Origin: Azolla caroliniana | Taxonomy: Eukaryota > Plantae > Polypodiophyta | Assembly: GCA_043228905.1 (NCBI GenBank) | Contig: JBHGNT010000005.1 | Coordinates: forward strand, 21,824,001-21,888,000 | Length of the DNA stretch: 64,000 nt | Direction: 5' to 3' | Part shown: piece after piece, positions 37,696-50,667 of the stretch | How positions within the stretch are numbered: the stretch's first letter is position 1 | Layout: each line of letters begins with the position of its first letter | Program-made: the position numbers and the translations under genes | The notes under the pieces: generated by a model | Told to the model about the DNA's origin: nothing | Databases searched by the model: none | Seen by the model: only the letters and a program-made list of their open reading frames with translations

Positions 37696-40600
37696 GAACT
37701 TGTGTAGCCCAAGCATATTTGTTTTTCTCTGTGAGTGAAAAAAATGACGAGTGCGTTCGATGCTGCGACAACATACAAAAGGGAATTCCAGTGTACAACC
37801 CTTCGCTTCTTCTCTTGTCATAGATCTCACGGTGGACTTCTGTCTCTCTCTTGACACAGAACAGAAGGTACACACGGAGGTGGATCGCCTGCAATAGCAT
37901 TCGATCGTTATCTATGTTGTGGGAGGTCGTCCAAATCGGGTCGAGCTGCATCATCTATTACAAGCCCGGTTGCAAGGTGAGTTAGCGCAAATAATCGACA
38001 TTCAATTTCTCGGTAAGGGTTGCTACCATGTTGAATTTAAGAGTTGTGATATGGTAGATAAATTGCTTCTAGTGGGTAGTGTTAAGATGAAAGGAGTATA
38101 GATGCAATTTTTGAAATGGTATGCGGGATTTGATTTAGATGACTTGAGGGAGACAATTGCTAGAAGGTTTGTTTTTTCTGTTATGTTCCCGGCCTTACCC
38201 AAAGAGTGGCGGCCGGTAATAAAGGATATTGCAGCCACAATTGGGCAATTGATAAATGAGGATGTAGAAATTGGGAGGTTTAATGCAAAAAATCAAAAGA
38301 CACCAATAGTGAGGTTGTTAGGTCATAGTAATATGGTTCTTCCCTCGTCAATTCAATTGTCGCCAGTGATTGGCGGCAAAGTGGGAGTGCAAAAGATTAC
38401 ATATGTTGGATTGCCAAATCAATGCTTTAAATGTAGGCAAATTGGGGATATGGCAAAAGACTGTACGTGACAGAATGCGTCACAAGGGAATAGTAATGAA
38501 AACTTTAAGGAAAAGGGGGCTACCGAAGGGGAGGAGGATTGGACTATGGTGAGAAAGGGAAAAGGCCTTTTTGCAAAGAATGTGAACCTTTCCAATAAAT
38601 GGGTGCCAACAAGAAATAGATTTGAACCAATTGGTAATCTCAAACAAACACTACCACGGGATGCTATCTTGGTCGAGGAGGTAGATGGAGCTTCAATTAT
38701 CAAACATAAAAATAACATGGAGCATATTATAGATCGTGACCTTTCTAATTCTTAAATGAACACAAGAGGTAATAATTTATTAGACTCTTTGGTGGGCGAG
38801 GCTCATCCCAAGGATAATGATATCTTGATGCATGATGATGAGGGTTTAGGGATGAAGGGAGATGAAACCTTGCCATTAGTTGTATATGAGGAAAACGAAA
38901 GTCACACAATCCTTAAGGAAGACTCTAATGTGGAAAAAAGTGGGGAAGAGGTTAACTTGTTACAAATGGTGAGTGTTAAAATTTGTCACTCATCAAGGGA
39001 GAATACCCATAACTACAATGGGCGTATAACTAGGTCGAAAGCTAAATATCTTGAAAGTGGGTTTAATTATAATCACCACATTAATCAAGAAACAAATGTG
39101 GCAGTTGTACATAGTACTCTTAATAAAGTAGTGGATAGAAATATTATGATTAATCGATTCATGCATCATGCAAAGAAACATAGTACGGTTACATACTCAA
39201 ATAAGATGTCCCTCAATGGATTGAAAATAAGCAATAAGGATTGCAAGTTTAAAAAGTCGACAATGGATGAGAGAACTAAGGTTAGTAAGCAACTTTTTGT
39301 TAAGCTATGAATAAATTCCAAAAAATTTCATGGAATGTTCAAGGGCTTGGAGGGGCTCTTAGTAAGAAATTTAAGGGTAGAGTCCGTCAAGAGTTGCATA
39401 AGTTTAATGTGGGAGTTTGTGATATGATATGTTTACAAGAAACTCATCTATCGGATAAGCGAATAGATACATATGGGAATATGTCAAACGGAAATTGGAA
39501 ATACTATTGGACTCCTGCGATTGGCAATCAAAATAAACATGGAGGTTTATGTATAGCCTTAGCAGAGAAATGAAGTCAACAGGTGTTAGATTGTCGTATA
39601 TTGGTTGAGGGAAGAGCTCAATATATCATCTTAAGTTGGGCTTTCTTAATATTTATGGTCCAAATGCGTCAGGGGCTAGAAAGGAATTTTGGTTTAAGAT
39701 AGGATCGGATTTACCGTCAGTGGATCATTGGTGTACGGTAGGTGATTTTAATATGATCGAGAATTTCGATGATAGGATTGGAGGCTCTCATGCTTTGATA
39801 GGTGCAACTGAGTTGGTAACTTGAGAACGCTTATGTTTATCATTCAGATTGCAAGATGCATGGCATGTTACATCTCTTTGGTTTGGTAAAAGATTCATTA
39901 AATTTCTCTCGATCAGATAGAAGACAACAAGGGGTAAATCTATCTCGTTTGGACAGAATATACATTGACGATTTTTTGTCAAAAAGGGTGGGGAGATTGG
40001 TATTATATCAGGCTCTTTGTTCTTTGATCATGCACCTGTAGGTTGTGATTATGGTGGTTGGAAAACAACCATATCATAACAATAGTTGTGGTCGTATTCC
40101 GAAATGGATTTATTTGGATACATCCTTTAGGCATGATATTTAAAAGATGTGGAAATGGCAAAATACATCTGTTGTAAATGCCTTGCAAAAGGTCAACTCT
40201 GCTATTCAGGGTACTTCGAAATTTTTGAGATTGAAAGTATGTAAGACCATGGAGCAATGTAAGTTGAGAATGGTTGCTAATAGGAGGGCTTTGAGGTCTC
40301 TTCAACATTTTCAGGAAAAATGTCCACATGCAGCTTGGGTTGAATTGGAGTTGGGTCACATAAGAAATGAATTAATATGTTTAGAACACAAGATATTTCA
40401 AACAAAGTTTCATGCTATTGCTGCAAAGTGGACTCGATTAGCTGATAATGTGAATTCTGATTTTTTCACATATCATAAAGTTGTTCATTCAAGTAATTGT
40501 ATGAGACAACTACAAAGGGAAGATGGGTCTATTACAAAGGACACGACTGAAATGAGGGACATTGCCACGACCTTTTATAAAAATCTACTTACAACCCAAC

Positions 40601-43600
40601 AAATTTCGGATCAACAAATTCAAAAAAGAAAAAGTGTTTTAGATTGTTTGGAACATAAGGTCTCATATGAGATGAATGAATCATTGATAAAGGAAATCTC
40701 TTCTACAAAGGTAAGAGTTGCACTGGTGGTTGTTGGAAAGAATGCATGCCTAGGAAATGATGGATTATCACCAGAATTCTTTTTAGAGTATTGGGATGAT
40801 ATAGCCGATGCTTTCACATCCATTTTACAAGAGGTTTTTCATTTGGGAAGGATGCCTATTGGGTGGAATGAAAGAATGGTTTATTTGATTCCAAAGGTAG
40901 AAGGTGTGGTGGATGATATTAAGAAATGGAGGCCTATAACTATTTTAAATATAGTATATAGAGTTTATGCTAAATTATTAGCTATTCGTTTGCAACCTTT
41001 TCTTCCACATATTATACATAAGAATCAAACGGGCTTTATACAAGAAAGGAGTATTTTTTATAATATTTTCATGTTTTGGGAGATGATATCAATAGCGGAA
41101 GAAACAAAACAAGACTTAGCAATATTGCGTTTGGATTTTGAGAAAGCTTATGACAGAATCGATTGGAATTTTTTATATGAGGTTATGGGTCGTATAGGTA
41201 TTCCAGGTGATTATATTAAGGTTGATTTTGCATTATATACTTCAGCATCTAGTCGAGTTCTTGTTGGTGGAGCACTAGGTAATAATTTTCCAATTACTAG
41301 ATTCGTGAGACAAGGATGTCCTTTGGCTCCATATTTATTTCTATTCGTAGGAGAAGCCTTTAGTGCATTCTTGTATAAGAATAAGTCATTTATTAAGGGT
41401 ATACAATGGCCAGGTCTGGAGGAGGTTGTGTTAGATTGTGAATTTGTAGATGACACAACATTGTATGTTGTAGGAGAAGACAAAAATCTTTGTAATGTGC
41501 AAAATGTGATCCATGATTTCTGTGATGCTTCAGGTGCCATTATTAATTGGCACAAGTCAATGGGATTTTGGGTTGGGGAAGGTCTTACTCCTACTTGGTG
41601 TCCAGACGTTGGATTTTGTTGGGTACCAAAAGGCTTTCCAGTGAGATATTTAGGATGTCAAGTGGGAATTAATCTTCCCCCAAAAGCTCATATTCAACTG
41701 TTACTGATTTCTTTGAGGAAAAAATTAATTTTTTGGAGTTCTAAGAGTTTAACACTAGCGGGGAGGCTAGTTATTTCTAATCAAGTATTACTCTCCTCAA
41801 TGTGGTATATTTTGTCCTCTTGGTTATTCTCCAGATCTTTGTTGTCAAAGTTACAATGGTTGATTAGAAATTTCTTATGGGGTTCTACTGATTTTAAGAA
41901 TGTTAGACCGAAGGTAGCTTGGAAAACTATTATAGCGTCGACCTCTCAAGGGGGTTTAGGCTTGGTAGATCCTCTTATGCAATGTACGACACTATTGGCA
42001 AAATTTATAGTGTGAGGTTTACTACCAGGAAATGAACTGTGGAAGATGCTCCTTCAGTTAAGAATGAAAGAGGTTTTCCCGAAATATGGAGGTGAATGGA
42101 CAAGGTCTCTTCGATGATGGTTTATTCCTAACTTTCATTCGCATAATATAGTATTTCAAAATGATAGGTTCTTTGCTACGATAAAGAGAGCCCGGTGGTC
42201 ACTAAAAGATAATTTGCAACAAGTCTAGCCCACTTCGATGGATGAATGGTTAAATCAACCCTTGGTTTGGAATCCTTTATTTCTAGGTGAGGAAGGATCT
42301 ATGTTGGGCAGGAGAGTGAGATTAAATTGGGTTCAAGTGGATTCATCTTTTGCCTCATCTCTTAGTAAGTGGCAACGTTTTGTTCACAATCCTACTGATA
42401 TTATGCAACAAGAATATAAAGGAATAAGAGGAGGAAAGATGATAGTTGATAAGTTAAGGAAATTGCAACTACCCTTGATGGATAACAAACATTCTAATTG
42501 TCATAAGTGGGTGGAATTATTTTCAAATTTTCAAATTTTACTTGGAGTCTGTGGCCTTAGAGATAAGGATTCTTTCTTGAGTTATGATGTTTTACAATAT
42601 GGATGATTAGTGTTGATCCCCCTAGAAGATGAATGTCTCATTGAGGCTACAGTAAAACCCATTAGAATTCTAGCCAAGGTAAATAAGATTTGGATCCTAG
42701 ACCCTTATCCTAATGTTGTTCATCCATTGTGGGATCTATGGATAGTGGGCAAAAAATCATTATGTGAATTGGAATGGGATCCAGGGGAATGGAAGTGGTT
42801 ACCTACATCATATTTTGGGGAGGATGTTAGGCCGAAGTCGTTTTTTTAATATTCGATTCGATTGGGAAGGGGGATGTTACGACATAGGATACCTCATTGG
42901 CCGACAACAACTACAACATGGTTGAGTTATAATGTTGATTCTATTCATATGACAACATTTTGGAAATGGCTACGGGCTATGCAAATTCCAAAGAAGATTA
43001 TTTTATTTAGATGGTTGATTGTTCATTATGCAGTTCCTGTTAGGGTTTGGATGCATTGTAAGGATGCAGATAAAATGTGTGATTTTTGTGGATTAGAGAT
43101 GGATTCTCTTCATCACCTATTATGGTCATGTATGGCGGCTAAATTGGTTTAGAAAAGGATATTACATCTATTGCATAATGTATATGGCTCTAGAGTATAT
43201 AAATGGGGAGCAATGATGTGGGCTGCTATTAAGGGTAAGGTACAAGATTATGAACATGAAAAGGTTACCTTTGCATTACATACAAGAGGTCGATATGTTG
43301 AGGAAGTGTTACCATGTATGCATAGTAATTCAATACAAAATGGGGTCGTTTGGGAGACTATTAGTTCCATAACATTGTGGCTTTTGTGGACTAGTAGATG
43401 TCGAAGGATATTTCAGCAAATTCAATGGAATGTTGTGGATGTAGTCAAGGAGATTTGGTTGACCTTGGTGCATACACTAAAATGAGAGTATGACGCTATG
43501 AAGGGTGATTCAGATGTAGTCCTTTGAAAGAAAGAGGTTTTTAATAAGACATGGGAAAGGATGAATGTATTTTACATGGTTAATTCTTGTATACGTTGGA

Positions 43601-44507
43601 GCTATCAGCCACCTCTCTGGGTATTTCCTCCACCGATATGAGACATGGGGATATGTTAATTGTTATTGGTATTATCTTGTATGTCAATGGCAGTCTATGA
43701 GTAGTTGAAAAGAAAGAAATAATTGAGATTTTGTGCAATCCCATTCCAGACTTATTTTCTGGTGTATCTGGAATTATGGCATCATGGTGTATTTGGAATT
43801 CTGCCCTTCGAGTAGTAGGAAAAGAATAAGAAGTGAAATCTGAAAACGGGATTTGGAACATGATCTTGTAATCACTAAAATGCTAATGATATGTATGCAT
43901 AATCTCATTTCTTCTTATGAGATGGATGGAGTCATTGAAATAGGTGGAGGGGGATGCTCTTATGTATGCATTCGGAAGAAGTTCGTTTCTTTTTATGTGA
44001 TGGATGGTGTCATGAAGCATTGTTGATGTGCAAGCAACATGTGGAAGGTTATTAGATGCATATAAACTGTTAGAAGGGCTGAGATCCCTTAAAGTGGGTG
44101 TTGATCACATGGTTATACATGACGGCATGTTCATACGTGCTGGAATCATGGATCGAGGCATACAAAATGACCTCTATACTATAATGATCTAATTGTGTTT
44201 TATGTTGAATATGGAAAATAGAGGATGCTTGGTCATTGTAAATGTGGGGGTATATTGGATGCATGTGATGACCCAAAGGTGGTATTGGGAGATGTTGAAT
44301 ATGAACATGATGAGGAAGATTGATTTGGTTTGAACATATGCAAATTCATGGTATGTTTCAACTATTGAGGAAGTGTTCAATCAAGTCTATCAAAAGAACA
44401 ATTCATGGCTACGGCTCGGGGAAGGATAATCATCTCCTTTCCATCATTTTGTATTTTGTAGCTGATATGGTTTTTTTTAACTAATGGAAGGATATGTTTT
44501 TTTTTTA
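37696..44507 (+). mobile_element. Full-length degenerate L1-clade LINE (~6.8 kb)
   Basis: 18-bp TSD AATGTCCAATTTTGTTCC at 37678-37695 and 44508-44525. ORF1 ~37744-39310 (DUF4283-like GKGCYHVEF; YVGLPNQCFKCRQIGDMAKDC knuckle). ORF2 39307-43641 (SWNVQGLG, LQETHL, GDFN, SRLDR; WRPITILN, LDFEKAYD, VRQGCPLAP, EFVDD; zf-RVT CDFC..HLLWSC), with multiple stops. Confidence 0.95.
39307..43641 (+). pseudogene. L1 ORF2 pseudogene (APE-RT-zf-RVT)
   Basis: Fragments 39307-39573, 39636-39824, 40147-42015 and 42238-43485 are colinear. The catalytic motif reads FVDD; in-frame stops and frameshifts are present. Confidence 0.9.
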
Positions 44508-45655
44508 AATGTCCAATTTTGTTCCATCCCCTTGTTCTTGGTCTTGTACTTAATTTAGTACCAAATGTAAACGTTAATATCTTCATGGATCACATGTTCT
44601 ATGCATGGCAATTACTTAACAGAATTGTACGTAGGTAATGGTACATGCGGCAAACGAAAGAGATGGGTTCTAGCATATGTAAATATGAGGATAGTTTTCC
44701 CCTTTGGAGAACATGATGACTTTTTCATGAGCATACAAATTATCATAGGTTTTGGGGGACTTTAACCATTAGTACGTACAACAATAAATAATAGGTGCCA
44801 AGTAATTTTTCTCCCAAAAAGAAGCTATTTTCCCATTAGTTAGAAGGGGTTATTACAGGAATACAATACAAGGTGGTTTATACATAAATTGGGTAATCAC
44901 CCTACGATCGAGTCCAAGAATATGAGACTACATATATATTCTTTCAAACTGACTACGTAATGTAAGTAGATACCAATAGCTATAAACTAGTGCCCTTCAT
45001 CACTAGCCAATACGAGCCGAATCATGTGGCCTACAACAAAGGGAGGGTGGGAGGTGAGTAGGAAACAACTAGCGTGGGGGCTGGTAGTTCCACCTTAGGT
45101 CGTTCCTCCTTGTGTCATCATCGACATGTTTTGCCAATTCTGCCAGAAGCAATGGTGCCAACCATATATACCAGTAGGCAAATACGTATCTATCTATCTA
45201 TATATTTATGGAAGATCTCAATAACAAACCATTTTGATTCAGTATCACTCTTTGGCACAACCTCATAACTCTTCTTCATCCTGGCTATAATAATATTTTA
45301 AAAATTCCATATGTAACATAATGGATGAAATCTTAGCCTTCAATCCATACTTAACTATGATACAATATTGTTGCAAAAAGGCCTCATTCATAGGAGAATA
45401 TTTTGATGCCTCAAATATTTATTTTTATATCTCGTGAATTATTTTACTTTCTTCTCTGTATTTCTAGGAAGCCAATGTGAGGGATTCTTTTAACCTTGAC
45501 ATGTCCTCAACAATCCGTTACATACCCTTGCCCTAATCTTAATGGAAAGTGACTTGGTCTCACTTAGTAAAAGCACGCATGGCTTTTGGATTTTGATTTT
45601 AAGAAACTTCATAAAAAAGTTACTTTTGGACATTCTTTCCAAATGAACTTTGGTA

Positions 45656-46480
45656 CATAGTATGAACCATGTGTACCATTCGTGCATTCGTGTTCGAGAA
45701 TGATTCAATCATTCGAGAAGGGTAAACACCCTCGAAGAATGATAAATACCATACTTTTGGTTAAATTATTTACTATAAGATAAATATTTTTTCAAGGTAA
45801 AAAAAATTTTAAAAATTGCAAAAAAGAACACATTACCTTCTTAATAACAATATGCATTTTTTCGTAAATTCTAATAACTATCCAAAATGCCTACTCTTCA
45901 AAAAAATTCTCAATGAGGTGTTAATAAAAAAGAACATTCCTAATCTTCATTCAAGGTGATATCATCATCATCATCAAAATCATCATCCTCATCTTGTGTA
46001 TTATCATCAATATAAGCCATCACATTGGTGAGGCTCTCATTTTCATCAACTTCTTGTGCTTCTTGTTCACTTTGCTTCTTGTTCCCACCCCAGGCCTTTT
46101 TGTCTACCCATTAGTTCCTAAATTACTGTAAAACGTAAATATCAAAATTTCATCACTTCATCTCTGAAATTTCATCACAGAAATTTCATCTCTGAAATTT
46201 CATTTAGAAATTTAAACCCTAATACCTATTATTAAACCTAATTATACCTGAATGTTGTGAGTCGTTGGTATGCACTTTGCAGATCATTCGAGGCTGGGTG
46301 GGAGAGGAGAGGAGAGCGTAACGTTACGTGCAGAGGAGAAGGGGGAAAAGAGGGAAAAAGAGGGAAAAAACAAAAAAAAGGAAAAAAAAAACACACGAAT
46401 TTTTTAATATCATTCGTGTTCGTTTTCCAACGTAGAAAAACGAATGATAAGGGTGACGAACACGAATTTTACGTACTATG
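45656..46480 (-). mobile_element. Non-autonomous hAT deletion derivative (825 bp)
   Basis: TIR CATAGTATG / CGTACTATG. Perfect 8-bp TSD CTTTGGTA (45648-45655 / 46481-46488). Subterminal TTCGTGTTCG/CATTCG repeats. Retains a transposase-like start (ATG 46111, MGRQKGLGWE) and an acidic C-terminal tail ending TAG at 45940-45942. Confidence 0.85.
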
Positions 46481-46696
46481 CTTTGGTATGCCATTGCCCC
46501 TTTAACAAACTCCAATATAACCTAAGTGTCAAAGAGGTTTTTTTGAGCATTCTCCTACTTGAATGCTTTCAAGCTGTTATGATTTGAGGGAATCTCAACC
46601 TTAAAATATGTAAATATTTCTATAGTTTTAAAGGGTGCAATATTGCACACAATGCATACTATATCCTTGTTTTCAACCTTCACAACCATAACCATC

Positions 46697-47012
46697 GTTT
46701 TAGAGAAGTTAATGCTCAACTTATTATGCATGCAAAAGTTTCCAAATATACTTGTAAGATTTTGTACATATTCTACAATAATTAGAAAAAGCACTATATC
46801 ATCTACCTATAACAAACATATAACAAACAAATAATAAATTCGTTCCTAATAGTAATTTGTTTTAGAGAAGTTAATGCTCAACTTATTATGCATGCAAAAG
46901 TTTCCAAATATACTTGTAAGATTTTGTACATATTCTACAATAATTAGAAAAAACACTATATCATCTACCTATAACAAGCAAATAATAACTTCGTTCCTAA
47001 TAGTAATTTGTT
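46697..47012. repeat. Near-perfect ~162-bp tandem duplication
   Basis: GTTTTAGAGAAGTTAATGCTCAAC...TTCGTTCCTAATAGTAATTTG occurs at ~46697 and ~46859. Confidence 0.9.
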
Positions 47013-47390
47013 CAATGCCTTTCTTTTTTACAAGCTCGTTAACCACTTGTAGAGAGAGAGAGAGAGAGAGAGAGAATGTTTGTGTCAAAAAAGTAAAACA
47101 TTCACACTAAAGGTGTGACATTGAAGGTGTGTTTTCGACATTTCTAGAATTTCATCAATAATTGTTGTAATTGAGAGAGCTTTCCAAATATCATTGGAAC
47201 CCTACACCCAAATTGAGAAAGTCATAAAACTCAAGCAACAAAATCACTTAACATGCAATTGAGCTTTTCTTTACAATAACCAATTAGACATTGTTGAGAG
47301 AGAGAGAGAGAGAAGCATTTTGCAACAAACATATTTGCAACAAACCAAATCTGAATGCAGTTAATATTCAAGTAGTAACCTGCCATCTGC

Positions 47391-47502
47391 TTTGCTATCT
47401 TTTCAATACAATGATCATCCAGTAGAGCGAGGTGAGAAAGTGAAAGTTTGCTATCTTTTCAATACAATGATCATCCAGAAGAGCGAGGTGAGAAAGTGAA
47501 AG
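47391..47502. repeat. ~56-bp tandem duplication in the MSBP 3' region
   Basis: TTTGCTATCTTTTCAATACAATGATCATCCAGWAGAGCGAGGTGAGAAAGTGAAAG twice. Confidence 0.9.
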
Positions 47503-47676
47503 CAAACGCAACATATAAGTCAAGCTATGAAATATGGCAGAAGCAAATTCATTGTTCTGAGAAATGCACATTGGAAGTGACATCTATTGCATCCTAGCAT
47601 CAGCTTTCACAAATTTAACTTGCATTTTGCAATTTCTTCACTTCGTATATGGTCCCTTTGCATCTCTTTCATAGGG

Positions 47677-49467
47677 TCATAGTCCACCATTGTTCTTATT
47701 TACTAGTTGTCCAACCTTCACATACTTGCTCACGAATTTCCATTCCCAATCTTGAAGTGCATCCAATTCATTCGCACCAAGTCCCTCAATATTTCCAGTC
47801 AAATCTTGCTCTTCAAAGGACATCTTTGCAAGAGCTCGGCTTGCATCCTTACCAGCAAACAAAGCATAAGGACCACCTGGACCATAGAAAATCCTGCATG
47901 CATATAATATCAATGTAATATCTAAGAATTCCACACAAAGTATGATTATATATAGTAATTCAACCTTCAAAACATGAGCATTGGTTCATCAATGGAACAG
48001 GGAATGCGGAAACAAATTCAATGGTAACTCACTGGAAGCATTACAATCATGACATTATCTTATGACTGGTTATAACAGTCTCATATTTCACACTAGGAAT
48101 TAAAGTTTCAATCTTTTAAAGGCATCCACAACAAAGGAGATAGTATCCAAAGCCAACAATTCAACCAAATTCTAGCGAAGACGATGATCCACTAAGCATA
48201 AGATTCTTAAAACTGTTTCAGAGCCCTGTAAACTAAAATTTTAGCAAAATTCAAATTGAAAAAGATGAAGAATTGGTGTCTAGAAGCAGTACAATTTTCT
48301 AAGACAGGTTGGAAACAGCAGTGTAGTGTAAAAACATTTCCTACAGAAGAAGAGGTGTTTCCTACAGCAGTGTAGTTTGATTGAATAGAGACAGATCATA
48401 TTACTAAGAGACAAAATAGGACCATATTTCTTCTTATAATACAACAAAGCTGACAAAACCGACAATTCCTTGGAAGCAGCTGACCTTATCTAATGATGAC
48501 AGGTCAAACTAAGCCAGATCCTTCTAACTGTACAATAAAAGTTAGAAAGAAAACCTCTTCGATGATGAACATTGCAAAGGAGTAGGTGTTTGAATTTTGC
48601 ATCTCTTAGTTTGATCAATCTTCACTGGATAACGAACTTTGTAAAAGATTAAGTGTCCATTCAAACTAGACTTCTAATCTTTTCTTTCTCACTATTGTTT
48701 CACAGTCAGGCTGATGATTTGTCTCTTAGTTTGTTCTGCCTTAATTAGTTAACGAGATTTGCATGAGATTAAATGTGCCTTCTTTTTCCAGTGAAATTTC
48801 TGCCTATTTCTGTTTTCTTCCTTTTACAAAACAAAAAATTAAAAGAAAGGAAACTGTAAGAAAATGACAAAGGCAGATTTCCAATTCAAAAACAAAAAGT
48901 TAATTATTTGCAGATTCGTCGTTATCTAATACAGAGAGATCAAATAGAGAAACGGAAATCATTCTACCATACAACAAAACTGAGCAAGAAAACGGAAAAG
49001 ACAGGATTCTAATTGAAAAGAAGAAGCGCGCAATGTTGATTATCTCATGAAGACAAGAGAACTATATTCAGGTACAATAGAAGTGCGGCAAAGAAGAAGA
49101 TGAAGAAGAATGTACATTATCTAATGAAGGAAGTACGATTGCGTAATACTGCAGAATTAAGAAAGAAAACGGGAAGAGTAAGGAAGAGCTACCTGGACTG
49201 TGAAACGTCATAGATCTGACCTTTGATGGCCATGAGAAGAGGTTTCTTTGGATCGCTGCCGTCATAGGAGCGAAGTTCTTCTTCTGTAACATCGCCAATC
49301 TTCACAGGAGGTCGCAGCGGCTCCAACGGGCAATGCTTGGGAGCAGCAAAAAGACCTGAGACGATGTAATAGAGCGTCAATAGGATGGCAGTGGCGGTGA
49401 AGAAAGAGACGGGAGATAGTCCTGTGTAAGCAGGAATGGCAAGCATGAGGTCTGAGAAGAGCGACAT
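47677..49467 (-). CDS. MSBP: Membrane steroid-binding protein (MAPR/cytochrome b5-like), 2 exons, 163 aa
   Basis: Exons 49467-49193 and 47893-47677 (GT-AG, phase 2). N-terminal TM (YTGLSPVSFFT...), ELRSYDGSDPKKPLLMAIKGQIYDVS, FYGPGGPYALFAGKDASRALAKMSF. Confidence 0.93.
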
Positions 49468-49503
49468 GCCTGAAGATGCCGATGGAGGAGAAGATTAAGA
49501 CAA

Positions 49504-49661
49504 TGATGATGAAGATGAACGCGATAGGCAACGGCGACGGAGACGGAGAAGGCGACGATGAAGAAGAAGAAGAAGAAGAAGATGAAGAAGATGAAGAAGA
49601 TGATGATGAAGATGATGAAGATGATGATGATGGTAAAGCAGATGGTGAAGAAGATGACGAT
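49504..49661. repeat. (GAA/GAT)n trinucleotide microsatellite in the MSBP 5' UTR
   Basis: Directly visible, immediately upstream of the MSBP ATG. Confidence 0.85.
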
Positions 49662-49822
49662 TTCTGAAGAAGATGGCGTACTGAGTTAGGAGCGCGCGCT
49701 TCACAAAACAAAACTCAGAAGAAAAATCAAATGAGAGAAAATAAGCGAAGAAGAAGAAGAAACGGCATACGTTCACACCTGGAGGAGCCCAAAATGACAA
49801 CTACATTATATTAATATATGTA

Positions 49823-50667
49823 CATAATAACGTAATGAACGTGTTCGTGCAAACATTCAAACGTTTGAAAACGAACACGTTTGAACAGGGAAGACTCATC
49901 TTTTTTTTTGTCTTTTGCTTTCATTTGTTTAACATCACAATTGAGCCCACCTTAGTGGTAAGTTTGTTGTGCTATTGCTGTCTACTTCTTGGGTTCAAAT
50001 CTCAATTTTTTCATCTCTATCGTAGCAAATTTTTTATGTTAGTGTCATATTACGTTTTCCCTTTCTTTTCTTTCTTTATTATTAGAAATTAGCTCACCCT
50101 AGTGGTAAGTTGTCATGCTACTATTGTCTATGTAGTATGTCTTGGGTTCAATAATATTCTCATATCCTCTCATTAGTGTCATATCATGGCAAAATTTTAT
50201 GTTAGTGTCATGTTCCTGTTTTTTTTTTTCTTTGTTATTAGAAATTAGCTCACCCTAGTGGTAAGTTGTTATGCTACTACTACCTATGTCATGTTTTCTT
50301 CATATTCTCGAATATACGTTTTATGAGCTTTTGAACGTTTGATTATAATTTATAATGACATATTTTGATTCAATCTCTATAGTTCATACTCATTTTTTTG
50401 TAAAGTTCTAAAGTAAGGAGGATAGAGATGTCTTGATTCTTAAGAAGCATCCAAAAGGTCTGCATGTTATACAATGCAAATATTGCAACCATACTTATGT
50501 TGGTGGTTCACAATGGATTAGAGTCCACTTATTGGCATTGAGAATGAATCAATATATAATATAGACCATAGTCAATCCAATCCAACTTCAAGATGATTTT
50601 CCATACACGTTTGATTCAATCATTCTCGAATGCGAATACACGTATGTTACGTATGGTTCATTCTATG
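49823..50667 (+). mobile_element. Degenerate hAT element related to the 45656-46480 element, with a BED zinc-finger remnant
   Basis: 50611-50667 is the reverse-complement homolog of 45656-45711, and 49823-49848 resembles the other end. 50442-50540 encodes KKHPKGLHVIQCKYCNHTYVGGSQWIRVHLLAL (BED-like CxxC..GG..HL). TSD not clean. Confidence 0.65.
49940..50290 (+). repeat. ~155-bp tandem repeat (about 2.3 copies) with tRNA-like A/B-box remnants
   Basis: AGCTCACCCTAGTGGTAAGTTGT...TTGGGTTCAA...TTAGTGTCAT...TTATTAGAAATT recurs at ~49943, ~50091 and ~50247. Confidence 0.65.

Noticed and set aside
49262-49800. Poly-Ser, poly-Asp/Glu and poly-His ORFs
   Set aside because: These are translations of the trinucleotide repeat in the MSBP 5' UTR.
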